Shown piece after piece: positions 1 to 7,931 of a DNA stretch of 64,000 nt. Numbering within the stretch: position 1 is the stretch's first letter; every line of letters starts with the position of its first letter. The notes beneath the pieces were generated by a model. It did no database searches and was not told where the DNA came from. It was given only the letters and a program-made list of their open reading frames with translations. The DNA is from Dehalococcoidia bacterium (lineage in GTDB: Bacteria > Chloroflexota > Dehalococcoidia > GIF9 > AB-539-J10): contig JAUWQY010000004.1 in NCBI GenBank assembly GCA_030610855.1, forward strand, positions 9,382 through 73,381, read 5' to 3'. A program made the position numbers and the translations under genes.

Positions 1-1802
1 TGCCAATACTTGTTCTGTCTATTCTAGTGGCCTTAACTTTAGTCGGCTGTGCCGGAGGATCGCCATGTCCTTCGACGCTTACTATACTTTCGATAACCGA
101 GGGGGATGTATCCGTAATGAAGGCAGGTACGGACAGTTGGGTAGAAGCGCAGATCGGGATGTCTCTAGAAATCGGAGATACCATAAAGACCGGCGATGAT
201 TCCGGCGCCGAAATTACTTTTTTTGATGGCAGCACTATGGAACTGGAAGCGGGCACCGAGATCGAGATTCTTTCACTCGATCTTTCCTGTGACACTGGCG
301 TCACAACCATCACTCTGACGCAGACAATAGGGACTACCATAAGCCGCGTGACAAAGCTTCTCGACCCAGCATCTAGCTACGAAGTCGAAACACCAACTGG
401 TGTGGCGGGGGTGAGGGGTAGTACCATGATAGTTACCGTCGAATACGTCACACCCCAGATAGTTAATACCCTGATAATTAATCAGGAAGGGGTCGTATAT
501 GCCATTGGGCAGGGCGTGGAACTGCAGATCCCTGAGGGACAACAATGCATTATTGAATCCGGTCAGCCACCTGAGCTCATACCATTGAACGATCCACCAC
601 TGGCAGAAGACGATGCCGCTATTACCAATGAGGATAACCCAGTAACTGTTTCTGCTCCGGGAGTCTTGGACAATGATTCCGACCCCAATGTTGGTGATAC
701 CTTAACTGTAACCTCAGTGGATACCAGCGGGACTGTAGGTGCAGTCACCGCTTGGGATGCGGATGGCTCCTTCACCTATGACCCTAATGGACAATTCGAG
801 TATCTGCAGGCTGGCGGCTCAACCACCGATAATTTCACCTACACGGTATCCGATGGCAATGGCGGTAGCGATACTGCCACTGTGACCATTACCATTAATG
901 GTGTCAACGATGTGCCTACGGACATCAGCTTGGACAACAGCAGCGTAGCTGAGAACCAGCCTTCCGGCACGGCGGTGGGCAACTTCTCAACCATCGACCC
1001 AGACACTGGTGACACCTTTACCTACAGTCTGGTGAGCGGCGAGGGTGCTGATGACATCGCCTCGTTCACCATCGCCGACAGTCAGCTGCGGACCGTTGCC
1101 AGCTTCGACTATGAGACCAGGAATTCCTACTCAATCCGTGTCCGGACTACCGACTCAGGTACGCTCTACTATGAAGAGGCTTTCAACATCACTGTCACCA
1201 ACGTCAACGACCCACCGGTGGCAGTAGCCGATAATGCTACCACACCAGAGGATACCCCGGTCACCATCGATGTCCTGAATAACGACTCCGATATCGACGG
1301 TGATACACTGACTGTGGACTCAGTGACTCAAGGGATTAATGGCTCAGTCACCAATAATGGTGGCAATGTCACCTACACCCCAGCCCCTGGCTTCAATGGT
1401 ACCGATAGCTTCACCTACACCATCAGCGATGGTAACGGCGGTACCGATACAGCTACCGTCACAGTTACAATCACAGGAACTCTTGCCAGGATTAATGTTC
1501 AAATAGATACGGGGGCGACGGCTTCAATATTTATTTGGGATGATACCATTGATGGGTGGGCTACAGACGAGGATACTCAAAAGCTGGTAGATGGGACTAA
1601 TCACGTAACATCTGATACCATTACTGTTGCTGAAGGACACTATTATTATGTCTGGGTAGAGGCAGCAGACGTCATATACTATGTAAAGCACTGTCCTAAG
1701 GATTGGATCATCACATCTGCTCCTGAAGGTGGTGCTGAGGCTGCCTATGGATATACGACCGCAGACTCTCTCGACTCACTTCATTTTACTAGTAGCACAT
1801 AG
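1..1802 (+). CDS. FecR-domain / cadherin-like repeat lipoprotein (5' end outside window)
   Basis: The frame is open from nt 3. There is a hydrophobic signal plus lipobox LTLVGC. A FecR-like segment is present (GDVSVMKAGTDSW...GAEITFFDGSTMELEAGTEIEI). Two VLDNDSD/VLNNDSD Ig-like modules flank a canonical cadherin repeat (DNSSVAENQPSGTAVG...DYETRNSYSIRVRTTD...NVNDPP). The AT-richer C-terminal ~100 aa has no assigned family. Confidence 0.75.
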   Translation, partial: PILVLSILVALTLVGCAGGSPCPSTLTILSITEGDVSVMKAGTDSWVEAQIGMSLEIGDTIKTGDDSGAEITFFDGSTMELEAGTEIEILSLDLSCDTGVTTITLTQTIGTTISRVTKLLDPASSYEVETPTGVAGVRGSTMIVTVEYVTPQIVNTLIINQEGVVYAIGQGVELQIPEGQQCIIESGQPPELIPLNDPPLAEDDAAITNEDNPVTVSAPGVLDNDSDPNVGDTLTVTSVDTSGTVGAVTAWDADGSFTYDPNGQFEYLQAGGSTTDNFTYTVSDGNGGSDTATVTITINGVNDVPTDISLDNSSVAENQPSGTAVGNFSTIDPDTGDTFTYSLVSGEGADDIASFTIADSQLRTVASFDYETRNSYSIRVRTTDSGTLYYEEAFNITVTNVNDPPVAVADNATTPEDTPVTIDVLNNDSDIDGDTLTVDSVTQGINGSVTNNGGNVTYTPAPGFNGTDSFTYTISDGNGGTDTATVTVTITGTLARINVQIDTGATASIFIWDDTIDGWATDEDTQKLVDGTNHVTSDTITVAEGHYYYVWVEAADVIYYVKHCPKDWIITSAPEGGAEAAYGYTTADSLDSLHFTSST

Positions 1803-2020
1803 AAGGCGTTAGCTGGGTTGCTGGACTATTATTAATACCTTTCCCGGCTTGGTTGTACCAAGCTAAGAGCAATATATTATAATGGCGAGGCCGTCTTAAA
1901 AGTCCGCGACGAGCAACAAATACCTAGAGGCGAATCAAGATTACAGTTAATCCGTTATCCAAGCGTAGAAGAACCAGACGCCAACGCAAGCGCCTTCATC
2001 ATACGTTAGTAATCATATGG

Positions 2021-3826
2021 GTGGGCTGCCTCTTTACGCTTGTGGCTTTACTGGTTCAACCATTGTATGGCATCAATCTGTGGTTTTCGGACCAGCTTTT
2101 CACCTCTGAACCCCCTTCTCCTAATATCGTTATCGCTGGTATCGATGACGATACCCTCGACACTTATGGACGGTGGGCAGAGTGGCCACGCACTCTCCAT
2201 GCTCAAGCTATCGATAACCTGAGCCAAGCTGGAGCCAAGGTAATCGGCTTTGATGTCATCTTCGCCGATAGTTCATCCGATGATGAGATGCTGGCAACAG
2301 CAATGGTCAAGGCGGACAATGTTGTCCTGGCCGCCGTTGGCACTCAACGTGTCTCCCAGGCCAGAGCTGAGATTACCTATGATAATTTCCTGCTGCCGAT
2401 AGCTTCTCTAGAACAGGCCGTCAGTAATATTGGACATGCCAATGTGGTTCCCGATGGCGATGGCACAGTGAGGCGACTACCGCTGCTTGTTAAGTCAAGC
2501 TCAGGACAAGTCTATCCCGCATTGGCCCTGGCTGTACTTCACAGGCTATTCTCCATGCCTCTACCGCAAGAATATCTGCTCGAAAATGGCACCGTTAACT
2601 TGTTGGCTCGTGATATTCCAGTTGATACCTCATATTATCTACGTATCAACTTTTCCGCCGATAATGAAAGACGGCCGTACGTCTCCTACGGTGATGTTAT
2701 CAGCGGCGACTTTAACCCGTCGATAGTCAATAACAAGATAGTATTGATCGGGATGACCGCTACCGGTGAGCCCGACGCCTGGGCAATCCCCACCTCAGTC
2801 AGCAAGATTCCCGGAGTTTTTATACACGCTGCTGCCATGGATACCATTCTCACAGAGCGTTTCTTGATAAAGCCTGGCATAATCATCACGCTAATGATTA
2901 TGCTGCTGCTGGTTAGCATCACTGCCTTTGCCTTGCCCCGGTGTGGGACCTGGTACTGGAGGGATGTAGCTAAGGGAGTGGGGATAACAGGAGGCTTATT
3001 TGTTGCTTCCCTGGTAGCCGGCTTCTTTGCTTTCGACAGAGGATATAGCCTAGATCTGCTTTATCCCCTGTTGCTACTACCGGTAGTTTATGTCGGTAAC
3101 GTTCTTTACATGGTCGTTAGTGAGCAGTCGGATAAAAAGTTTGTCAAGGAGCTTTTTGGTCGATATATTTCACCCCAAGTAGCCAAGGAGATACTTAGCC
3201 GAGCTGATGCTGGAGAACTTCGCCTCGGTGGTGAGCAAAGGGAGGTAAGTGTGCTCTTTGCTGATATCCGTAACTATACGCCGATAAGTGAGCAGTTGTC
3301 TCCTGAAGCTATAGTGGAAATGCTAAATACTTACTTATCAGTTGTGACCGATTCAGTAGTACAGCATGATGGTATAGTTAACAAGTTTTGGGGCGATAGT
3401 ATCATAGCAGTATGGAACGCGCCGCAATCTCGGCCAGAGCATGCATTGCTGGCAGTCAAGGCAGCGTGGGAAGCACAGCAGAAAGCTGCTGAACTACAGA
3501 AAAGCGATAACCGGCCACTCCCAGTGCAATTTGGTATTGGCATTAACACTGGTATAGCCTTAGCCGGCAATATAGGCTCGGTTGGACGCTCCGAATATAC
3601 CGTCATCGGAGATTCCGTTAACATTGCTTCACGCATTTGTAGTAGCGCCCCCGGCGGTGAAGTCTGGATTGGTGCTGAGACTTATAATCAAACAAAAGAT
3701 TATATAGAAACCGAGGAACTCGAGCCACAGAAACTTAAGGGGAAAGCAGCACCCATTATAGTATATCGAGTAACTGCATGGCGCCCTATAACCCCTCAGA
3801 ACAAAAGTAGGCCCTCGCCCTCCTAA
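2021..3826 (+). CDS. CHASE2 sensor-domain class III adenylate/guanylate cyclase
   Basis: The C-terminal cyclase homology domain shows VSVLFADIRNYT, KFWGDSIIAVWNAP, GINTGIALAGNIGS and YTVIGDSVNIASR. A large extracytoplasmic CHASE2-like region is followed by a block of TM helices (res ~285-370). GTG 2021 is the first canonical start, but the frame is open from 1928. Confidence 0.85.
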   Translation: MGCLFTLVALLVQPLYGINLWFSDQLFTSEPPSPNIVIAGIDDDTLDTYGRWAEWPRTLHAQAIDNLSQAGAKVIGFDVIFADSSSDDEMLATAMVKADNVVLAAVGTQRVSQARAEITYDNFLLPIASLEQAVSNIGHANVVPDGDGTVRRLPLLVKSSSGQVYPALALAVLHRLFSMPLPQEYLLENGTVNLLARDIPVDTSYYLRINFSADNERRPYVSYGDVISGDFNPSIVNNKIVLIGMTATGEPDAWAIPTSVSKIPGVFIHAAAMDTILTERFLIKPGIIITLMIMLLLVSITAFALPRCGTWYWRDVAKGVGITGGLFVASLVAGFFAFDRGYSLDLLYPLLLLPVVYVGNVLYMVVSEQSDKKFVKELFGRYISPQVAKEILSRADAGELRLGGEQREVSVLFADIRNYTPISEQLSPEAIVEMLNTYLSVVTDSVVQHDGIVNKFWGDSIIAVWNAPQSRPEHALLAVKAAWEAQQKAAELQKSDNRPLPVQFGIGINTGIALAGNIGSVGRSEYTVIGDSVNIASRICSSAPGGEVWIGAETYNQTKDYIETEELEPQKLKGKAAPIIVYRVTAWRPITPQNKSRPSPS

Positions 3827-4374
3827 TGTCTACCTTTGCCTTTAAGGAGAGTCTCCTGGATAAGCCTCTCTAGGTTATCAGGCACAACAGGCTTGATTAG
3901 ATAATCAGCAGCACCCAGTTTCATCGCCTCAACTGCCAGCTCTGCTGAGAGATAGGCCGTCATAACGATGGACTTAATGTACGGCTTTGACTCCTTCACC
4001 TCTCTTAGTACCTGAAGCCCGGTTTTTCCAGGCAGTCTCACATCTATGACCAGAATATCGAAGTCCTGCTTCTCTATCAGTTCCAGCGCTTCTTCACCCG
4101 TCCCGGCCGTTACCACCTGGTAAGTGTCCTTGAGGTACTCCCCTAGCGACTCCCTTAGAATTGCCTCGTCATCTACAATTAGAACGATCTTCTCCTCAGT
4201 AGGATACTCTCCTAGGCTTTGCGCTATGAGTTGGACCAAATACTTCTGTATAGAAGTATCCTCGGATACGCCTTTCACCTTCAGCTTTTTGTAAACCCCT
4301 TCTGGTATTCTCGCATGAAGCTGTTTTGTGGTTTCCGGCTTCAGGTTCAGTATCGCAGTCAATTCGATCTCCAC
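3823..4374 (-). CDS. response regulator: N-terminal ribbon-helix-helix-like segment plus receiver domain
   Basis: The receiver domain shows IVLIVDDEAIL, DILVIDVRLPGKTG, MTAY and GAADYLIKP. It is preceded by ~60 aa with a CopG/Arc-type pattern (KQLHARIPEGVYKKLKVKGVSEDTSIQKYLVQLIAQSL). Its stop overlaps the stop of the convergent cyclase gene. Confidence 0.8.
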   Translation of the reverse strand: MEIELTAILNLKPETTKQLHARIPEGVYKKLKVKGVSEDTSIQKYLVQLIAQSLGEYPTEEKIVLIVDDEAILRESLGEYLKDTYQVVTAGTGEEALELIEKQDFDILVIDVRLPGKTGLQVLREVKESKPYIKSIVMTAYLSAELAVEAMKLGAADYLIKPVVPDNLERLIQETLLKGKGRH

Positions 4375-4789
4375 TTAATCTCTGGATATACTTCCTAGAA
4401 GGTCAAGGCAAAGGCGAGGTCAAAAGTTCTTGCTATTGTACGCAGTGGCCCACCACCTACCGCAGATTCCGAATTCACAGCCCTTAGGGCAATATGGACG
4501 AGGTGAGCGTGCAACTCGACATTCTCAACCCTGCTGTCCTTTGCCTGCACGCGTTTGCACACCGTCTTGCAGAGCAACCACCTCTCCTCAATGCCGCCCT
4601 CAGCAAATCTGACAGTAGCTGCTGAATATTCTTCTCCTTTCTGTCAAGCTTGTTGAGGCTGGCTTCTGCCTCTGTAAGTTCCTCATCGCTGTCAGCCTGA
4701 CAAGCGAACGAGTTTAACGATTATTAGGAATGCGACAGCCACCGACAGTGAAATCAAGACGAGTGACATCGTCTTTGGGTGAGCACACG

Positions 4790-4832
4790 TAAGGAAAAGG
4801 GACCGGGAAGTCAGAGCGGATTATCCGGTCCC
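4790..4832 (-). terminator. hairpin plus T-tract downstream of the membrane-protein gene
   Basis: On the minus strand, GGGACCGG-18 nt-CCGGTCCC is followed by TTTTCCTT. Confidence 0.5.
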
Positions 4833-4896
4833 TTCTAGCCCTAAAGTACCTTGATCCTGTAAATCAGCGCGCTTTCTCTATCTATCCATCTGCCCG

Positions 4897-5856
4897 TCAC
4901 TTATCGGCCTTATCACTGGTTTCGCCGCTGCCAGAGCCGGTCTTGGTCCAGCGGGCCAGAAGCTCAGCGGCCGCCTTGCGACCACCGAGTCCAAAGGCAA
5001 TGCCAACTGCTATAGCGGCTGCGCCCAGAATCAGCCCAAAGCCCAGCAAGATGAGATCGTCGGCAAAACCCATCGCACGTATTCCCAGCACGACACTCAA
5101 CACAATAATGAGGACCTTGACCAGGGAAATGATGGATTCTGTTCTGCCACCCGCCCGCAGAATATTCGCTACAAAGCTGGCAACAAAGATGCCGAACCCG
5201 ATAATGACGACCCCCAGAATAATCAGCCCCAGGAACTGGGTCAAGCCGGCGACTAGCTCATTCACGACAGGAAAATCGAGCAACGTTGCCGCCATCATTA
5301 CGGCAAAGAGCATTATGAACACCATCACAATGTAGCCAACCACATTGGAAGGAGAGCCGGATCCTTCAACAGGCTCTTTCGCTAGACCTAACTTGACCGG
5401 CAAGTCGTCAAAGCGAATTCCGATTAGCAATCTCGTAACCAGCTTGGCCACGAGACGGCCAATGAAATAGAAGATGGCAAGGACCACTACAGCGCCCATA
5501 ATGTGCGGAATGGCGGCAAAGATTCTTTCGAATATAACCACGATTGAGTCGAAAAGACCTTCTACGCCCAGAACTTGCAGTATGGCCAGTATGAACAATA
5601 TCCATACGATCCAGAAAACTGCTGCGCCCGCGCCTTCAGCCACCGGATACTGACTTCCATCCCCGGGAGCTCCACCCTTACCCAGTCTCCTGTCGATACC
5701 GCTGGCTCGCATGACCCTCTGGGTGCCTGACCTGAGGACTCTTGCCAAAAACCAGGCCAGGAGCAACAGGACCAGTACGGCGATGACCTTGGGTAAGAAA
5801 GCTATGAGAATTCCAAAGAAACTCTGGAACGGCTCTATTATATTAGCCCAATCCAT
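4897..5856 (-). CDS. multi-pass membrane protein (conserved TM-helix-repeat / MscS-N-terminal-like)
   Basis: This 319-aa protein has multiple Gly/Ala/Ile/Val-rich hydrophobic helices with internal repetition. A strong SD (AGAGGAGG) lies upstream of the ATG. The family assignment is memory-based only. Confidence 0.6.
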   Translation of the reverse strand: MDWANIIEPFQSFFGILIAFLPKVIAVLVLLLLAWFLARVLRSGTQRVMRASGIDRRLGKGGAPGDGSQYPVAEGAGAAVFWIVWILFILAILQVLGVEGLFDSIVVIFERIFAAIPHIMGAVVVLAIFYFIGRLVAKLVTRLLIGIRFDDLPVKLGLAKEPVEGSGSPSNVVGYIVMVFIMLFAVMMAATLLDFPVVNELVAGLTQFLGLIILGVVIIGFGIFVASFVANILRAGGRTESIISLVKVLIIVLSVVLGIRAMGFADDLILLGFGLILGAAAIAVGIAFGLGGRKAAAELLARWTKTGSGSGETSDKADK

Positions 5857-6096
5857 ATCTCAGCACCTCCTCTTTAACAAATTGGGTTCCGCTTTTTCTG
5901 CTGCACCTTTGTAGGTGCCGGTTCAGCCTCTTCAGAATCTTAGCTCATGGCACATCACCTCCCCACTGTCCAGCGTCTTCTCGATACTCCTTCACAATCT
6001 CATCCACATTCGACCAAAACTCACGGATTCGCTGCCAGGGTCTGAACTCCATCTCAACCTCTGCCAGCATTGATCAACAAAAGACACGATATGAGC

Positions 6097-6237
6097 TCAC
6101 TTCCCTATTCTGAACACTTTTGTGCCGCAAGCGGGACAGACACCCTCTGTTGCCGGCCTCTTGTTCTTCATTGTGATCAACCTGGGGTTTCTTATGTCCA
6201 CCTTTTTTCTGCACTTCACACAATAAGCTGTTGCCAT
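6097..6237 (-). CDS. small zinc-ribbon protein, DUF5679-like (46 aa; absent from ORF track)
   Basis: My own translation is MATAYCVKCRKKVDIRNPRLITMKNKRPATEGVCPACGTKVFRIGK, with two CxxC pairs. An SD (AAAGGA) lies ~8 nt upstream, and a promoter-like TTGACA-N17-AATAAT lies further upstream. Confidence 0.7.
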   Translation of the reverse strand: MATAYCVKCRKKVDIRNPRLITMKNKRPATEGVCPACGTKVFRIGK

Positions 6238-6261
6238 TATAGCATCCTTTCTTGCTTCTAC

Positions 6262-6606
6262 TTATATTATTGCCATGAGATCCAATCCTGTCAATACCTT
6301 TCGGGGATTATCCTCCTGATTCTCTGCAAACCGGGCGACTACCGCTTCAATGTCGATTAACGGCATACACCGCTCATCGTTCCTCAAAAAGGGGACTAGT
6401 ACAGGGAGCCTGGCATGAGCAGGGCGAAGACTCCTCGCGCCTCCAAAAGCCTTCAGCGTGAGAGATGGACCGAGCTCACGGCTCAGAATGACAGGAGTCA
6501 AATGGCCTGGTAAGGAGGTTTGTAGCTTACCTTCAAACGCTAGGCTGAGTCGGCCCGCGCTAATAAACTCTTCAGGCACTGCCCGGTCGGCACCGTACAG
6601 GGACAA
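6262..6606 (-). CDS. hypothetical protein (weakly supported)
   Basis: This is a 114-codon ORF with a TTG start and a poor SD, and I recognised no motif. Its 3' end contains the candidate promoter of the downstream small gene, so the region may be non-coding. Confidence 0.3.
   Translation of the reverse strand: MSLYGADRAVPEEFISAGRLSLAFEGKLQTSLPGHLTPVILSRELGPSLTLKAFGGARSLRPAHARLPVLVPFLRNDERCMPLIDIEAVVARFAENQEDNPRKVLTGLDLMAII
6266..6294 (-). promoter_or_regulatory. candidate promoter of the DUF5679 gene (TTGACA-N17-AATAAT on minus strand)
   Basis: The reverse complement of 6266-6294 reads TTGACAggattggatctcatggcAATAAT. Confidence 0.4.
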
Positions 6607-6695
6607 GCGCTTATGAACCTGCTTCGCTTCGTGCTACAATTACAGGCAGAATGATGGCCGCATCGTTGTCTGGCACACGAAACGGCAGGTGAGCT

Positions 6696-7820
6696 ATGTC
6701 GCTTAGTTCAGATATCAAGGAGTATGCCCTCGCCCTTGGCTATGACCGAGTGGGGTTCACCACAGCCGAGAGATTCACTCTCTACGAGGAAGAAATACTG
6801 AAACGAGAGGACATGTATAGCTGGGCTACAGGTCCTGGCTGGGGTTTATTGCAGGGGGTCGATCCCAAGACTATTCTACAGGAAGCAGAGTCAGTGATTG
6901 TCACCGTCTTCGATTATTTCAGGCATTCATATCCCCTGGACATGGTAGGCAAAGTGGGGCGGGCCTATCAATCTCTGGGCGGCGCACCTCCCATTCCTGT
7001 TCACCGGGCGCGTTACCGATTGCTCAGAGAGTTCCTCGAGAAGCAGGGGGCTAAGGTGGGCAAAGCCACCTTCGACTTGCCTGCGCGGCTGGCGGGTGCC
7101 CGCGCCGGAGTCACCAGCTATGGCAAGAACACATTTGCCTTTGCCGAAGGAATTGGTTCCTTCGTCGTCATCGCCACCCTTGTGATAGACAAGGAACTGG
7201 AATACGATGAGCCGACCTTTGAGGTTAAATGCCCTGAGAAGTGCAACTTGTGCCTTGAGGCGTGCCCTACCGGAGCTCTTTATGAGCCACTCAAAATGAA
7301 CCCACGGCATTGCATCGCCTACAACTCCTATAATGCACCAGGATCATGGTTTGGCGGTACTCAAGCAGTGTTACCGCCGGAAATCAGAGACCACATGGGC
7401 ACATGGGTCTATGGTTGCGATGTCTGCCAACAGGTCTGCCCCCGCAATCAGCCAAGGCTCAAGGCGAAACTGCCACCGAATCCGTACCTGGAGCACATAG
7501 CCGCCGATTTCCAGTTGGGCAAACTGGTGAATATGTCCGATGAACATTTCAGGCGGCTATTCGTACTGCTGAACTATGTTGACAACAAGCGTTATCTCCA
7601 GAGAAATGCCGCAGTCGCTCTGGGCAATGAAGCAGATCCCGAGTCTCTACCCGTGCTGGCTCAAGCAATGCAGTGCCCAGATGAACCGCTTCGCGGGCAT
7701 GCTGCCTGGGCACTCGGCAAGATCGGGGGTGCTAAGGCCTCGAGAATCCTGGAGTCAAACCTGGCCCAAGAGCCCTCGCAATACGTGCACAGCGAGATCA
7801 GAGCAGCGCTCACAAGATAG
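6696..7820 (+). CDS. queG: epoxyqueuosine reductase (tRNA queuosine biosynthesis)
   Basis: Two ferredoxin-type motifs are present (CPEKCNLCLEACPTGAL and CDVCQQVCPRN), plus C-terminal HEAT-like repeats (PVLAQAMQCPDEPLRGHAAWALGKIG). The ~375-aa length is typical of QueG. Confidence 0.8.
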   Translation: MSLSSDIKEYALALGYDRVGFTTAERFTLYEEEILKREDMYSWATGPGWGLLQGVDPKTILQEAESVIVTVFDYFRHSYPLDMVGKVGRAYQSLGGAPPIPVHRARYRLLREFLEKQGAKVGKATFDLPARLAGARAGVTSYGKNTFAFAEGIGSFVVIATLVIDKELEYDEPTFEVKCPEKCNLCLEACPTGALYEPLKMNPRHCIAYNSYNAPGSWFGGTQAVLPPEIRDHMGTWVYGCDVCQQVCPRNQPRLKAKLPPNPYLEHIAADFQLGKLVNMSDEHFRRLFVLLNYVDNKRYLQRNAAVALGNEADPESLPVLAQAMQCPDEPLRGHAAWALGKIGGAKASRILESNLAQEPSQYVHSEIRAALTR

Positions 7821-7931
7821 CCCCGGCGATATCGTGGAGGCAGCAGAGAGAGCCGCTCTACTCGCTCCATACTCCACCCGGACTTCAGCACACCTTCGTA
7901 CCTATCACGAGCCTGTATTCTGCCCGCACAT

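Noticed and set aside
1847-1883. Hairpin GCTTGGTtgtACCAAGC and a TATAAT box (1878-1883) upstream of the cyclase gene
   Set aside because: The stem is only 7 bp with a 3-nt loop. The nearest -35-like hexamer (TTGTAC) has a 19-nt spacer. This is too weak to call either a terminator or a promoter.
4395-4612. Two overlapping 60-aa ORFs on opposite strands
   Set aside because: Neither has an SD or a motif. They overlap each other in a region that looks like decayed coding sequence or a leader.
5945-6070. 41-codon minus-strand ORF (MLAEVEMEFRPWQRIREFW...) downstream of the zinc-ribbon gene
   Set aside because: The sequence looks protein-like, but there is no SD and I recognise no family. I did not list it as a feature and mention it only within a finding.
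6070-6360. 96-aa plus-strand ORF rich in Cys/His/Ser/Leu
   Set aside because: It lies antisense to the well-supported DUF5679 zinc-ribbon gene. It has low-complexity composition and no SD.
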